A stretch of DNA of 64,000 nt from an uncultured Acidobacteriota bacterium (GTDB taxonomy: Bacteria; Acidobacteriota; Blastocatellia; RBC074), in the NCBI GenBank assembly GCA_963796275.1, contig CAWCKY010000007.1, positions 928,001-992,000 of the forward strand, read 5' to 3'. The notes under the pieces were generated by a model, which saw only the letters and a program-made list of their open reading frames with translations, did not search any database and was not told where the DNA came from. The position numbers and the translations under genes were made by a program. Shown here piece by piece: positions 37,668 through 48,394 of this stretch (its first letter is position 1; each line of letters starts with the position of its first letter).

Positions 37668-39023
37668 TCAGTTTCCCGCACTATCCGGCACATCGCCCAG
37701 AGGCTTGAATTCAGGGACGTCGATCTTGACGCGGAAGACCTCAGCCGGTCCCGTCGGCATCACTTCGAGATAGATGTCGCACACGCCCTGCATCCGTTTG
37801 TTGTAGTCTTTATCGACAAACAGGTTGTATTCGAGGATCGTGCCCTGCGACTTCTGATCTTCCAGCAACCGCTGGATCGGCTTCTCGACTTCTTCATCCA
37901 TAAAATCCCGGGTCAGCACCTGTCCGGCAATTTCACGCAGCCGAGCTGAGACGGAGCGTTCGAGATATGAGAGCACTCGGTAGGCTGTGAAGAATTTATA
38001 GACGCCATATTTGTCATCGGCCAGACTGCGGCAGCCGTAAAAACAGAGATGGTTATCGGCGTCGCGGATGATAGGAATCACCTGCATCTCTTGCGAAAGC
38101 AATTCCATCTGGCTGATCAAACATTCGATGCGCGCCTTTTCGACCCCTTTGATTCGGCCGAACTTGGTGCCGATCGGGCCCTGTACCACGCTGTCGCGCG
38201 CGCGGTCGGTGCGCGCCACCGCTCCGGCGAAGATCAGTGAAGCCGGCGCATAAAGATCATCGCCATACTCCTTTTCGAACCAATGAGCATCGCGAAGTTT
38301 GAGGGTGCCGACCATAACGACGTCGGAGGCCGCCTGATCGTCCGGGCGTTTGAGGAATTCGTATCGTCCGCCGGGTCGAAATTGGTCTACCACCTTCTTG
38401 TACGACCCTTCATCACCCAGATCGGTGATGAGCAGCATGCCCCACTTCCACGCCTCTTCTTCGAGCGCCTCGCGGATCATCATCGGGATTTCACCCGGCA
38501 CGACCACGTTGCAGATGTCGTCGCGAAAGTTGAAATTGTCGTTGCGGTTGGTGACGAACCGACGGATAGCTTCAAGGGTTGAGCTCTCGCGGTTGCGCAT
38601 CGACTGCGGGTCCGCATTGTAGATGAAGAATTCGACCGGTTTGCGCTGCTTACCATCGGGGACGATCGAATTTTCGAAGAAAAGCCAGATCTGCCGATAG
38701 GCCGACTCGAGCGGGCGAATCTCATCGAAGAGTTTCTCCATCACCTCATCGCGTACTTTTTCAGCGTGGTCGATCTGCCCCTGGAATTTTTGGAGAGTTT
38801 CATCGTAACTGTCCGCCTCAGAGAGCAACGATTCGAAGTCGGTCAGGCGCAATAAAAATTCGCTCGCCGTCTCTGGCGTGAAGATAGTCTCCACTGAGGT
38901 CTTCTGTTCACCCAGCCGCGGATGAATGGCGACGAAGATCTCGTCCAGCACTTTGCGCACCGGCGCTTCGGCATCGGCGAAGATATCAGCAATGGTTGCA
39001 GTCTTGACTTCCTGTTGGGCCAT
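37668..39023 (-). CDS. tssC: Contractile sheath large subunit, Bacteroidota-type (DUF5458-like)
   Basis: RPLESAYRQIWLFFEN, NVVVPG, MLLITD, LYAPAS..FAG, G.KFG, YRV.SYL, sheath-like C-terminus. Confidence 0.8.
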   Translation of the reverse strand: MAQQEVKTATIADIFADAEAPVRKVLDEIFVAIHPRLGEQKTSVETIFTPETASEFLLRLTDFESLLSEADSYDETLQKFQGQIDHAEKVRDEVMEKLFDEIRPLESAYRQIWLFFENSIVPDGKQRKPVEFFIYNADPQSMRNRESSTLEAIRRFVTNRNDNFNFRDDICNVVVPGEIPMMIREALEEEAWKWGMLLITDLGDEGSYKKVVDQFRPGGRYEFLKRPDDQAASDVVMVGTLKLRDAHWFEKEYGDDLYAPASLIFAGAVARTDRARDSVVQGPIGTKFGRIKGVEKARIECLISQMELLSQEMQVIPIIRDADNHLCFYGCRSLADDKYGVYKFFTAYRVLSYLERSVSARLREIAGQVLTRDFMDEEVEKPIQRLLEDQKSQGTILEYNLFVDKDYNKRMQGVCDIYLEVMPTGPAEVFRVKIDVPEFKPLGDVPDSAGN

Positions 39024-39505
39024 CATTCACCACCTTTCCCGGCATGTGCGACCTTCTCCAGCTCAGCGTGCAGGCGGGCCAGGGCGGCGAGTATCTGCTT
39101 GCGTTGAGCCGGATTTGACCAGGCGCGTTTGACAGAGGGCAGCGCCCAACGATCCTTCATCCGATAGAGCAGATCGATGGCGCTCTTCAAATCAGCGATA
39201 TCGTTGCGTTGGCCCGGATTCCTTTTCTGGATATTTTCCGGGCTGAAATCTTTGAGGCTGCGGAACTCGAGATCTGCCACGAACTCTGTCGCCTCCTCAC
39301 CTGCCTGGGTTTCAAAATGGATTGAAGGTTTGAATTTCTCTAAGGCGTCATTGACGCTGTCCACGCGCACGGCCTCTTCATCTTCACTCTCGAGTTCCCT
39401 GCCCATGCGCTCTAACGTCACAGGAAGCACAGCCAAGGTCGTATCGGTAGGAACGGGACGTACCGCAGGGGTTATACCTTTACGGATGACTTCGATCTTA
39501 GGCAT
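39023..39505 (-). CDS. tssB: Contractile sheath small subunit
   Basis: DLEFRSLKDFSPENI TssB motif; coupled to tssC. Confidence 0.8.
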   Translation of the reverse strand: MPKIEVIRKGITPAVRPVPTDTTLAVLPVTLERMGRELESEDEEAVRVDSVNDALEKFKPSIHFETQAGEEATEFVADLEFRSLKDFSPENIQKRNPGQRNDIADLKSAIDLLYRMKDRWALPSVKRAWSNPAQRKQILAALARLHAELEKVAHAGKGGE

Positions 39506-39889
39506 ATCTTCTCCACTCCTAAATAGGAGGCGTTAATAGGTTAATAAAGAAGGGGCTATAGATTTATTGAGTTATTCGATGCCAACCGTCAGCGATTGTG
39601 GACCGCATATCTTTTTCCACGTATGAGGAAAGTGGTTGGTACTAAGATGTATGGCTTATCTGGGTAATCGCGGCAATGGGGGCTACTGGGGCAAAGGAGG
39701 ATTCGGTTCATAATTTTCACTGTGTCAATATGGCCGGACAGGCTGTAGGTCCGACAGCGAAAGAATTCGGGAGATTTCAAGAATTTCTGCTCGCCGGTTC
39801 CTTACTCAGCCCAACACGGCGAACTGAAATCTACAATTTTTTCCAGCAAAAGCAACCGGATGTTACCATTGATGGTTTACCGGGATCAA

Positions 39890-41632
39890 TCATAAAGCTT
39901 CTGCCGGTTCCATATTGACCACAACGCGAACCTCCAATCCCAATAGTGACCGCTCCTGCAGACTCGCCTCCAACTCACGTTTCAAGATTTCCGCTTCTTC
40001 CTCCGGGGCAGCAAAGGCATCACGATCGAGCGTGATAGTTACTCTCTGTACTCGGTGTAATCCGTCGGCCCCGCGTTCGAGCATCGGTACAGCTTCTACC
40101 GCGCGGATCTTCGGTTCGAACGATCTGGTCATCGCCTCCAGGTCGGGATACGTAACCGGACGTTCGCGCGAGAGCAGCAGCTCGGTGAACCTTCGCTTGG
40201 TCTCCATCAATCCCTCGCCATCATCGCCACCTGCCGCCCCCGTAACATTTCTGATATCCAATGTGCGCGGCGTCGCGCGATTGAGAAAAGTCTTAATCCC
40301 TCCGGCGGAGACATCGTTGCCCAGCGCTCCATTGCAAAGCAGTACCCGGACATTCGCATAAGCATCCGCCTCACCGCGCGGGGTGCGCGCCGGTTCGATT
40401 TCGAGCTTGTCCAGACGGATGCGGTAACGCCCTGCATCTTCATCGGCGCTCGGTTCGCTTTCGAGCAGGTACTTCGTGCCGCGCTCCCCCTTGACCGAAA
40501 GCAACTTGACCAGATGACGCACGCGCCCGCCTCCCGTCGTCAACGGCACCACCGCACCGTCTGCGGAAAACTTGATCGTTTGATTGAGCGTTTCAATATT
40601 CGATGCCGTAGTGCAATGTAAGACGACTCGAATCAAGTCTTCAGAGATAGTCGCTGTCTCCTTCGGCAATCCGATTCGCAGCCACGCGCGCGGACGATCG
40701 AACAAATCCTTCTGTCCCGTTTGCCCCGTTTGCCCCGAAGCCCGCTGAAATATTCTTCCGAGCGGCGTCTCCATTCTCCTCGGAATCCGAGTCAAGAACC
40801 GGCGTTCACTCGGGATGTGTGGAAAAACAAAGACGCGGCCGCCATAAAACCCCTCCGGCAACAAATCGGTCGCCACCGGCTCCCCATCTCCGACCAGCCA
40901 ATCAAGCTTGCGCACCCCGCCATTGCCCGTACACGGCCGCAGCAACCCTTCGGCTCGTATCCCGCCTTCATCATCGAGCAGGCACCATATCTCACGTTTC
41001 AAATAACCGGCCAGATCGCGCGCCTCAGGCAGTAATTCAAAATAGAATCCGTGCCGGCTCAGATGTTCCTCGTCGTCAACATCAATCGCAATGTAGATCG
41101 CGGGACTGCTCCCCAACTCCGCCGGCACGGCATCAAACGAAGGTCGCGCATCTTCCAGCTCTTTAACCAGCTCCGTCCCGTGATGCAGCCGCAACATCCC
41201 GTCCTGATAGATGGCGACGAAAGCTATCCTGGCGGTTGAGACGTCGATAGAGGTGTCGAGAGCGAAAGTAAGCTTCTCTCGCGGAACCGCCTCTCCCACC
41301 AATTCCGTCATCTCCTCAAAAGACTCGCGCCCATTCAACAAACTGAATCTGATGACGCTCTGCGCTGCGCGAGCATTCCGCTCGGGCATTCCCAATCCCG
41401 ACATCAATTCGTCGAGAATCGCCAGCGGTATACTCTCGGCCGCCTGCTCATAGACCTCGCCTATCTGTGCAGCAAATGAGCGGAGCAACACGGCCAGAAT
41501 AGGATCCGTCTCCTGCGTCGTGATGCCATATTCCTTGAGCAGACGGCGAAAGTCTTCGCGTAGTTTTTTATCTATTTCGGTGGGACGCGGTGGTAGCCAT
41601 TGTGGCATAGAATCTTTAGGAACCTCCTTCAC
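39890..41632 (-). CDS. tssF: TssF-like baseplate protein
   Basis: TDPILAVLLRSFA, AAQSVIRF, VLLCNGALGN, GAAGGDDGE, LLSRERPVTYPDL. Confidence 0.82.
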   Translation of the reverse strand: MKEVPKDSMPQWLPPRPTEIDKKLREDFRRLLKEYGITTQETDPILAVLLRSFAAQIGEVYEQAAESIPLAILDELMSGLGMPERNARAAQSVIRFSLLNGRESFEEMTELVGEAVPREKLTFALDTSIDVSTARIAFVAIYQDGMLRLHHGTELVKELEDARPSFDAVPAELGSSPAIYIAIDVDDEEHLSRHGFYFELLPEARDLAGYLKREIWCLLDDEGGIRAEGLLRPCTGNGGVRKLDWLVGDGEPVATDLLPEGFYGGRVFVFPHIPSERRFLTRIPRRMETPLGRIFQRASGQTGQTGQKDLFDRPRAWLRIGLPKETATISEDLIRVVLHCTTASNIETLNQTIKFSADGAVVPLTTGGGRVRHLVKLLSVKGERGTKYLLESEPSADEDAGRYRIRLDKLEIEPARTPRGEADAYANVRVLLCNGALGNDVSAGGIKTFLNRATPRTLDIRNVTGAAGGDDGEGLMETKRRFTELLLSRERPVTYPDLEAMTRSFEPKIRAVEAVPMLERGADGLHRVQRVTITLDRDAFAAPEEEAEILKRELEASLQERSLLGLEVRVVVNMEPAEAL

Positions 41633-41989
41633 TCCAATAAGTTCTCGAACTCTGAACGATAAGACAAATTATCTTCATCAAGCTTTTCAATCAAGGTCAA
41701 AGTCAATCATGGTTAAAGAAAATTAGTCGATCGTTCATTGCCACCGCCTCGACGAAGAAACATCAAATTCGTTTAGACAAAATCCCCTGAAATATTCCAC
41801 GATGCAAAGATTGTTCGTGATCCAAGCCTATTTGGATCGAGCGCAGCAGATCCCGAGGATATGGGTCTTCATTTGCCCGAACCCCTCTATTTTTACGGGT
41901 ATGCACGGGGCAACCAACTACGCATCCGAACTTCAATTGTTAGTGGGAAATCTTAGGACAAAATTTCATGAAAAAATTTCATTTCGATT

Positions 41990-42472
41990 TTACAAAACCT
42001 TTTTTCCGCGCCTTTGCGATTCCCTTTTCGTTTTCACCTGCCGACCTGGATCTTTCAAGCCGCGTCTGGCTGTAATCCAAAGCAAGCTGCCCAATAGTAT
42101 CGCCTGTATTCCGAAGAAGGCTGTGGTTAAGTAACTTATGAGTGGCGTTAACAATAAACCTTCGGACAATTCGTTTGCATGGAGATGACGGTTGATATTG
42201 CGAATCGTGAAGAAAACGATAAAGCCAACGACAATAACGCGGTTTCTCAGGGGGTTTCGCGCGGCAAGCAGAGCCAAAAGCCCCATGACAAAGGCGAATG
42301 CCCCGATGACGCGAAGTAGATATATGTTCGCAGCGGTCCAATCAAGACGAGCGCCATATAAGGTCGCGGAGATTTTTTGAAATCCGATTGAGGACATCAG
42401 TCCCAATCCTACTGCCAGGTGGGAGATGGCGATGAAGAACATCAGGCTGCGCAGCGCCTTCAAATAGGTCAT
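41990..42472 (-). CDS. Small 4-TM membrane protein
   Basis: Four hydrophobic segments, aaggagag RBS. Confidence 0.65.
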   Translation of the reverse strand: MTYLKALRSLMFFIAISHLAVGLGLMSSIGFQKISATLYGARLDWTAANIYLLRVIGAFAFVMGLLALLAARNPLRNRVIVVGFIVFFTIRNINRHLHANELSEGLLLTPLISYLTTAFFGIQAILLGSLLWITARRGLKDPGRQVKTKRESQRRGKKVL

Positions 42473-42571
42473 TTATTACTCTCTCCTTGGAAGACTATAA
42501 GGCAAGTGCAACATAACCAACGACCTACCATCCGGACGCTTCTCAAAGTCTTAGAATTACAGATACCTGTG

Positions 42572-43606
42572 CTACTTGATGAAAACCGATTTTATCGTTT
42601 TGCGATTACCTGAAAGTAGCAGAATCTCGAGTTCCTCAAAATCTTTCCCTCCCTCTTTCGGGGCACTTAGCGTCAGCGTGAAGTCCTGCGTTTCAATCGC
42701 CCTGAATCTATCAGCCGGCACTCTGACGGCGACAATCTGGTTGGATCTGGTCTGCCTGACTCTGCTGGCCTCGCCTTTCCAAATCTCTCTGTTTCCATCA
42801 ACCGTCGTGACGACCGCTAGATAAGGCGGCTGTTTCTCTTGCCGTTCCATGGTCACTCGCAGCTCTACGAACGTTGTGTCGACGAAGATAACCGCTTTGT
42901 CCAGCCCTTTGATGTCTCTGACTCCCGGCGCCAGTGCCAGAAAAACGACTCGATTTTTCGATGCTTGAGACCCGTCTGAATCATTTACCAATCGGTCCAG
43001 CCGGCCAGTAACATTATCAAGATCATCACGCAGGGCGCTGCCCTGTTTGCGTTCCTCAGCCAGTAGCTGTCGTTCGCGGGCGAGTTGACGCTCTGCCTCC
43101 ATAGCTCTTTGCTCGATTGCGGCACGCTCTTCACCTGCCGCGGCGAGTCGCCCGCGCAGCCGGAGCAGTTCGATGCCCAAACTCAGAGCCAGAATTAACA
43201 GAAATGCCGCTGTCAAGCTGGAACCCAGAACCAGGTAGCGTTTCTCAAACAACCCTAGCCACGAAGACGAGTACAGCGAAGAAAACCAACTCCCACTGCG
43301 ACTATCCGAAGCAGAATGAATTGTCGATTGTGATGTGCAGGCATGGACTAGCTGCCTGGCCATCTCGATTCTAGCGCGGCGCTTCTCGGAAGCGAGATAG
43401 TGCTGCTCGAAAAGTTGACGCTCGGGGTCTGAAAGTTCACCTTTCGCATAATCCTCAATCAGTTCCTCTTCCAGAGCCAGTACCTGTTCAAACATATCCC
43501 CGTCCTCCAGATAAGCCTCTTCGAAGCGCGCCTCATCCTCTTCAGACAGCTGATTGAGGAGATACCGGATTATCGTCTGATCACTTATTGCGGTTGGTTG
43601 CTTCAC
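42572..43606 (-). CDS. Putative anti-sigma factor (N-terminal domain, TM, coiled coil, beta domain)
   Basis: IIRYLLNQLSEEDEARFEEAYL...EEELIEDY..GELS..ERQLFEQHYL; downstream of the ECF sigma. Confidence 0.7.
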   Translation of the reverse strand: MKQPTAISDQTIIRYLLNQLSEEDEARFEEAYLEDGDMFEQVLALEEELIEDYAKGELSDPERQLFEQHYLASEKRRARIEMARQLVHACTSQSTIHSASDSRSGSWFSSLYSSSWLGLFEKRYLVLGSSLTAAFLLILALSLGIELLRLRGRLAAAGEERAAIEQRAMEAERQLARERQLLAEERKQGSALRDDLDNVTGRLDRLVNDSDGSQASKNRVVFLALAPGVRDIKGLDKAVIFVDTTFVELRVTMERQEKQPPYLAVVTTVDGNREIWKGEASRVRQTRSNQIVAVRVPADRFRAIETQDFTLTLSAPKEGGKDFEELEILLLSGNRKTIKSVFIK

Positions 43607-43711
43607 AATAGCATACGACCTTTCATCGTATAGTGGTAAAAACCCTGGCTTAATTTCTCAATAATTTTCAGTGAGCAGGTTTCCCATGTACCCTCGGTCG
43701 ATCTTTTTGCA

Positions 43712-44263
43712 CTACCCTTTGTATACCTTTACGCACTTCTCATAACACCTATTAAGCCTCGCCCTGATACGGAATACCCTCAGCCTATAAGCATTTATTG
43801 TCAATCCCATACCTAGAGCTGCCTTTTCTCTGCCGTTCTTATTCAGCGTACAATTTTGAACAATCAGATTACGCTCTTCCGGCGATATCCCCTGCAAGCA
43901 TTTTTTCATGCAGTCCAATCGATGATCATCGAATTCCTGATCAATCAGGGGAGACGAAAAGCGATCGTCGAGTCGTTCCCACTCTCTTTTTGAATCGTCC
44001 CAGTGTTCCAGCAGCACCAAACGCGCCACGCCGAAGGAAAACTTGAAAACATCTTTGATCTCAAGGCCTTCTTCGATCTTACGAGCCATTCGATTGATCG
44101 TCTCGTCGCCCAGCTCGTCAGGTATCCGGCACCCTTTCCTTTCGAAGAAATAAATTAATCTCGTACGAAGTTTTTCATACTCTTCTCCGGCTAGTGCCGA
44201 ATCAGGATTTAGCCGCGCAAGTAACCGAATTAAACCTTCTTCACTCAACTCCCAGTTCTTCAT
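43712..44263 (-). CDS. ECF-type RNA polymerase sigma factor-like protein
   Basis: YEKLRTRLIYFF, ELGDETINR, FGVARLV, CLQGISPEERNLI, AYRLRVFRIRARL. Confidence 0.75.
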   Translation of the reverse strand: MKNWELSEEGLIRLLARLNPDSALAGEEYEKLRTRLIYFFERKGCRIPDELGDETINRMARKIEEGLEIKDVFKFSFGVARLVLLEHWDDSKREWERLDDRFSSPLIDQEFDDHRLDCMKKCLQGISPEERNLIVQNCTLNKNGREKAALGMGLTINAYRLRVFRIRARLNRCYEKCVKVYKG

Positions 44264-47200
44264 TCAATTCATCTTTTCCCTGGTTCGTTTGCCATCCAGG
44301 TTCGCCCATTCTCCTGATTGGATGAAGCTCGCCCAATAGTAGGGATGTTGCCGATTAGCCTTCTTGAGCATCTCCAATTGCACTTGCCTCAATGCCTCCC
44401 CGCGCCCCTCACCTTGCTGCAACAAATGGTAATAGGAGATCATCAATTCTCGCGTCCCTTTGTCTGAGACGGCCCAGAGACTCATGACCTGCGTTTCCGC
44501 GCCGGCCAGCACCAACGCGCGGCGCAGACCATGGACCCCATCTCCATTCTTCACGTCTCCAATTCCGGTATCACAAGCCGATAGCACCACCAGCTTCGTC
44601 CCCCACAGATTGAGTCCTGTCACCTCTAGTGCAGTCAGTATCCCATTGTCTTCCTGTTTATGTTCGTTGGCTCCGGCCAGCGCTAACCCGGACCGCAACA
44701 ATGGGTTCTCGATGCTGATGCCGCTCCTTTCCATCTGCCGTATCATACGGTCCGGATCGTCGCTACTTTCTTGATAGCCGCGCCCTCCGCCGGCGCTCAA
44801 CATTTGCGAATCTTCGAGAAAGAACCCGTGTGTAGCGATGTGCAATAATGCCGGACTGCTTATCTGGCTGAGCTCCGTCTTGGTCGCCTGCTCTCCGGTG
44901 AGCAGGATCGACCCGGGCATCAACTCGCGCAACACATCTCCTTCCTGCGCCGTGTAGGGCAACGGCGAGAAATAGAACTCTCTGAAAGCCGATGCAGCCG
45001 ATTCATCCTTCTTACTCGGTTGCGACCGGCGCCCCGCATCAACCTTCGCGCGTTTTCCGAAGGCGGGGTTTGCGACTACCAGCGGGCCGTTACGGCTTTC
45101 TCGGTCCACCTGCAAGCGTAGCAGATCGCGCCCGCTGGCGAGATAGCTGATCGAGTATCGCTCGATCGCATACCGGCCCCGCTCATCCAGAAGCGCTACG
45201 AAAGGGACGAGATTGAGATTGCCATCCGGCGAGATGAGCAACTGAGTAATCTTTCCGAGTAACGGGCGCAGAGGTTGAAATACCTTCTGATCCACGGCAC
45301 GAGCTCGGCGCTTCACATCACTGCGCTTCGGGTCGCGTAATGCATCGCGCAGTGCAGTGATGGCCTCGTCGATTATCTTTACCTCACCCAGTTCCTTCCA
45401 CTGAATCTTTCCGTGCTGGCGCAGGATATACGCAACATAACAAGGTTGGCCATATGCCTCCTCATTTCTACTGGATTTGGCATTGATTGGACGGTATGAG
45501 GCGAATTCGATCAATGCGACATCGGCGGGGATGGCCGATTGCACTGCCGCGATCGTGATCGGAAGAGCCTGGGCTCGAAATTCACTGCTTCTGTGACTTA
45601 TGTCGGCCTCATAGGCTTCTGCCCTATCTTCGAGCTTCTTGAGCCGCCCGTTATATTGCTCGGCGGTCATTCTTTGGGGACCGGCGAGGACGTGCCTGGC
45701 AAGCTGCGATCGGGTATCGGTCAACTCATCGAGCAAGACTCGATCTTTCGAGTCGAAGCGCGCGCGTAACGCGTTGAGATTTTCAGAAGTGGCGTCGAGC
45801 GCACGCCCCTTGCGTTGCAGGATCATGGCGGCAGCCAGGTTGAGCGCCGCTGGATTATCGGGAGCATAGCGGAGATGTAGCGATATTGTTTGATCGACTT
45901 GCCCCGAAAGAGTGGCAAGATATGCGAGTTTTTGCCTCTCTGAGCCCGTGACGAGATTGAACGCGAGATTGCGCTCGCTCAGAATGTTGCCCCGCGACTG
46001 TAATGCGATGGCCTGGGCTATATCGCCTTTGGCTGCGTTAAGTATGGCGAGATTGTTGAGAGAAGAAGCAATGTAGGGGTGTTCCGGGCCCAAAGCTTTC
46101 TCCAGGATGACCAGGGAACGTTTAACCAGCGGTTCTGCTTTTGCGTATTCGCCTCGGCTGTTGTAAAGGCCTGCGATGTCGTTGAGAGAACTACCGACAT
46201 CCGGATGTTCGGGACCAAGCGATTTCTCCCGGATATCCAGCGCGCGCCGGTAAAGCGATTCCGCGCGCGCATAGTCTCCCTTGTCCCAGTATAGATTTGC
46301 GATATTGTTGAGTGAAGTTGCGACATCCGGATGATCAGGGCCCAGCGTTTTCTCCCGAATAGCCAGTGCGCGACGATGCAGCGGCTCCGCCTTCTCATTG
46401 TCCCCCTTGTCGCGGTAGAGACTGGCAAGATTACTGAGAGACTGAGCAACGTCGGGGTGCTCGGGTCCCAGTACCTTCTCCCGAATCGCCAGCGAGCGTT
46501 GATAGAGCGGTTCTGCCTTCTCATAGTCGCCCTTATCGCGATATATGATAGCTAGATTGTTGAGGGAAAGAGCGACATCGCGGTGTTCCTGGCCAAGCGC
46601 TCTCTCACGTATATCGAGCGCGCGTTGGCGCATTGGCTCAGCTTTCTCATAGTCGCCTTTATCGCGGTAGAGATTGGCTAGATTATCGAGAGTGACGGCG
46701 ACATAAGGATGCTCCGGTCCCAAAACATTCTCGAAGATGGTTAACGCTCGCTGATAGAGCGGCTCTGCCTTAGCGAAGGCCCCCATGTCCCAACAAAGGA
46801 CCGCGAAATTGATGATAGGTATTGCGACATCAGGATGCTCCGGCCCTACCGCTTTCTCCCAAATCGCGATTGAGCGTTGAAATATAGGAACTGCTTTCGC
46901 ATAGTCGCCTTTGTCGCGGTAGAGAAGCGCTAGATTGTTGAGAGAAGCACCGACAGTCGGATGCTCGGCTCCCAGCCCTTTCTCACGGATGGCCAGCGCT
47001 CGCTGATACAACGATTCGGCTCTTTCATACTCGCCTTTGTCGCGATAGAGGACGCCCAGACTGTTGATAGCCGCGCCGGCATCCGGGTGATCCTTTCCCA
47101 GTATCTTTTCACGGATCGCCAGGACGCGCTCAATCAACGGAAGCGCCTCGTCATACCTGCCTGCGCGTTCCAATTCGAGATGCTTATCAAACAGTTCACG

Positions 47201-47743
47201 AGCCTCCTGCAGAGCGCGGTCATTCTCTGTTGCATCGCGCAGCTCCTCGACCCGAAGCTCATAGCTTCCAGCCTGAACATTTTTGATTCTTGAGCGAACA
47301 TCCAACCGGTACTCGCCTGCCGTTTTCGCAACCAGCGATACGATCTCTTTCCCGCTAGTCCTACGTTCGGAGTCGAGGTCTGCGATCTGCTTACCATCTA
47401 CCCCAGATACCCTCACCACTACATCAATGCCATACTGTTCGACCGCTACCTTCAAAAACTGATCTGCAATCAGCCTGATTTGATAGCTATGTTGTTGCCC
47501 GCCCGCCAGCTCCCGCCTGGCCGGCTTTCCCGCCTCGATCGGGCGAACTTCTTGCTCATCCGCATTTCCGCGCGACTCTTGTATTGGCTTTTCCCCTATC
47601 AGGTTTCCCGAAAAAATGCGCAATGGCGCCACTGCACCTGTCAGGCTGAATAGTAGGAAAAGAGCCAGGAAATTTGCCGGATTTTGATAAATGATCTGTC
47701 TCTGATGTTGGGCTGGAGCTGTGTGAGTTCGGCTCCTTATCAT
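44264..47743 (-). CDS. TPR (42-aa KLC-like repeats)-CHAT domain protease
   Basis: About 9 LGPEHPDVA.SLNNLA repeats; LLISPDG.L..VPF, LHIATHGFF, LVVLSACDTG, SLWAVSD, HPYYWASF. Confidence 0.92.
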   Translation of the reverse strand: MIRSRTHTAPAQHQRQIIYQNPANFLALFLLFSLTGAVAPLRIFSGNLIGEKPIQESRGNADEQEVRPIEAGKPARRELAGGQQHSYQIRLIADQFLKVAVEQYGIDVVVRVSGVDGKQIADLDSERRTSGKEIVSLVAKTAGEYRLDVRSRIKNVQAGSYELRVEELRDATENDRALQEARELFDKHLELERAGRYDEALPLIERVLAIREKILGKDHPDAGAAINSLGVLYRDKGEYERAESLYQRALAIREKGLGAEHPTVGASLNNLALLYRDKGDYAKAVPIFQRSIAIWEKAVGPEHPDVAIPIINFAVLCWDMGAFAKAEPLYQRALTIFENVLGPEHPYVAVTLDNLANLYRDKGDYEKAEPMRQRALDIRERALGQEHRDVALSLNNLAIIYRDKGDYEKAEPLYQRSLAIREKVLGPEHPDVAQSLSNLASLYRDKGDNEKAEPLHRRALAIREKTLGPDHPDVATSLNNIANLYWDKGDYARAESLYRRALDIREKSLGPEHPDVGSSLNDIAGLYNSRGEYAKAEPLVKRSLVILEKALGPEHPYIASSLNNLAILNAAKGDIAQAIALQSRGNILSERNLAFNLVTGSERQKLAYLATLSGQVDQTISLHLRYAPDNPAALNLAAAMILQRKGRALDATSENLNALRARFDSKDRVLLDELTDTRSQLARHVLAGPQRMTAEQYNGRLKKLEDRAEAYEADISHRSSEFRAQALPITIAAVQSAIPADVALIEFASYRPINAKSSRNEEAYGQPCYVAYILRQHGKIQWKELGEVKIIDEAITALRDALRDPKRSDVKRRARAVDQKVFQPLRPLLGKITQLLISPDGNLNLVPFVALLDERGRYAIERYSISYLASGRDLLRLQVDRESRNGPLVVANPAFGKRAKVDAGRRSQPSKKDESAASAFREFYFSPLPYTAQEGDVLRELMPGSILLTGEQATKTELSQISSPALLHIATHGFFLEDSQMLSAGGGRGYQESSDDPDRMIRQMERSGISIENPLLRSGLALAGANEHKQEDNGILTALEVTGLNLWGTKLVVLSACDTGIGDVKNGDGVHGLRRALVLAGAETQVMSLWAVSDKGTRELMISYYHLLQQGEGRGEALRQVQLEMLKKANRQHPYYWASFIQSGEWANLDGKRTREKMN

Positions 47744-48269
47744 CGCTTCTCCTCCCCCGATTTCACAATTTTGGGCATCGTCTTGGCGACAAGAATACCG
47801 CAAGTGCTATTAAGCGATGGGACACGGCGCAAAGTTTATCATATATATAGGATGGAGAACGCGGTTGAAAGCGTGGCATTTATGGAGAGAACTTGTATAA
47901 AGATGCAACTAAGTAACCACTGGAGGTGGTAAGCTTGATTGTCTCCTTATGTCCACTCTGTCGATTTGTTCGCGCGAGCCTTCCTGTTGCGGTCGCCATT
48001 CCATCGCCTCCATCACAGAAATCATCCCGATAATTCACCTTGTATCTCCGCTACCAATGAATGCCGGCGATAATTTTGGTTTGCTAGAAAGTAATAAAAA
48101 TAACTTCAGCGATCCACATCTGCAATTTTTAATTCTCAATTTCCAAATTCTAAATATATACAGCCACGCAGGTTATCCGGTCTAAGGCATCGCTTTGTCT
48201 GGCGGTATTAAAAATATTTTCCGGTCAGCACAGCCGATTCGTCATGTTTTTCCAAAATACTGTCACATA

Positions 48270-48317
48270 ATGATATGTAGATGATATGTAGATGATATGT
48301 AGATGATATGTAGATGA
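48270..48317. repeat. 11-bp tandem repeat (atgatatgtag) x4.4
   Basis: Directly visible; intergenic between the divergent CHAT and caspase genes. Confidence 0.9.
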
Positions 48318-48394
48318 AAAATACGGTCTAACATCAGATTGCCATGGACAGATCGATTTACAGCCCACACGAGTAAAAATTATTGAGAGATGCG

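Noticed and set aside
34488-41632. Prophage tail or eCIS (Afp/PVC) interpretation
   Set aside because: Split TssB/TssC sheath, TssK and ClpV are present; no capsid, terminase, tape measure, Afp15/Afp16 or lysis genes seen
46000-47150. 126-bp periodic DNA repeats
   Set aside because: Explained by 42-aa TPR coding repeats of the CHAT protein
48270-48317. CRISPR array
   Set aside because: 11-bp head-to-tail units without spacers; no cas genes in the window
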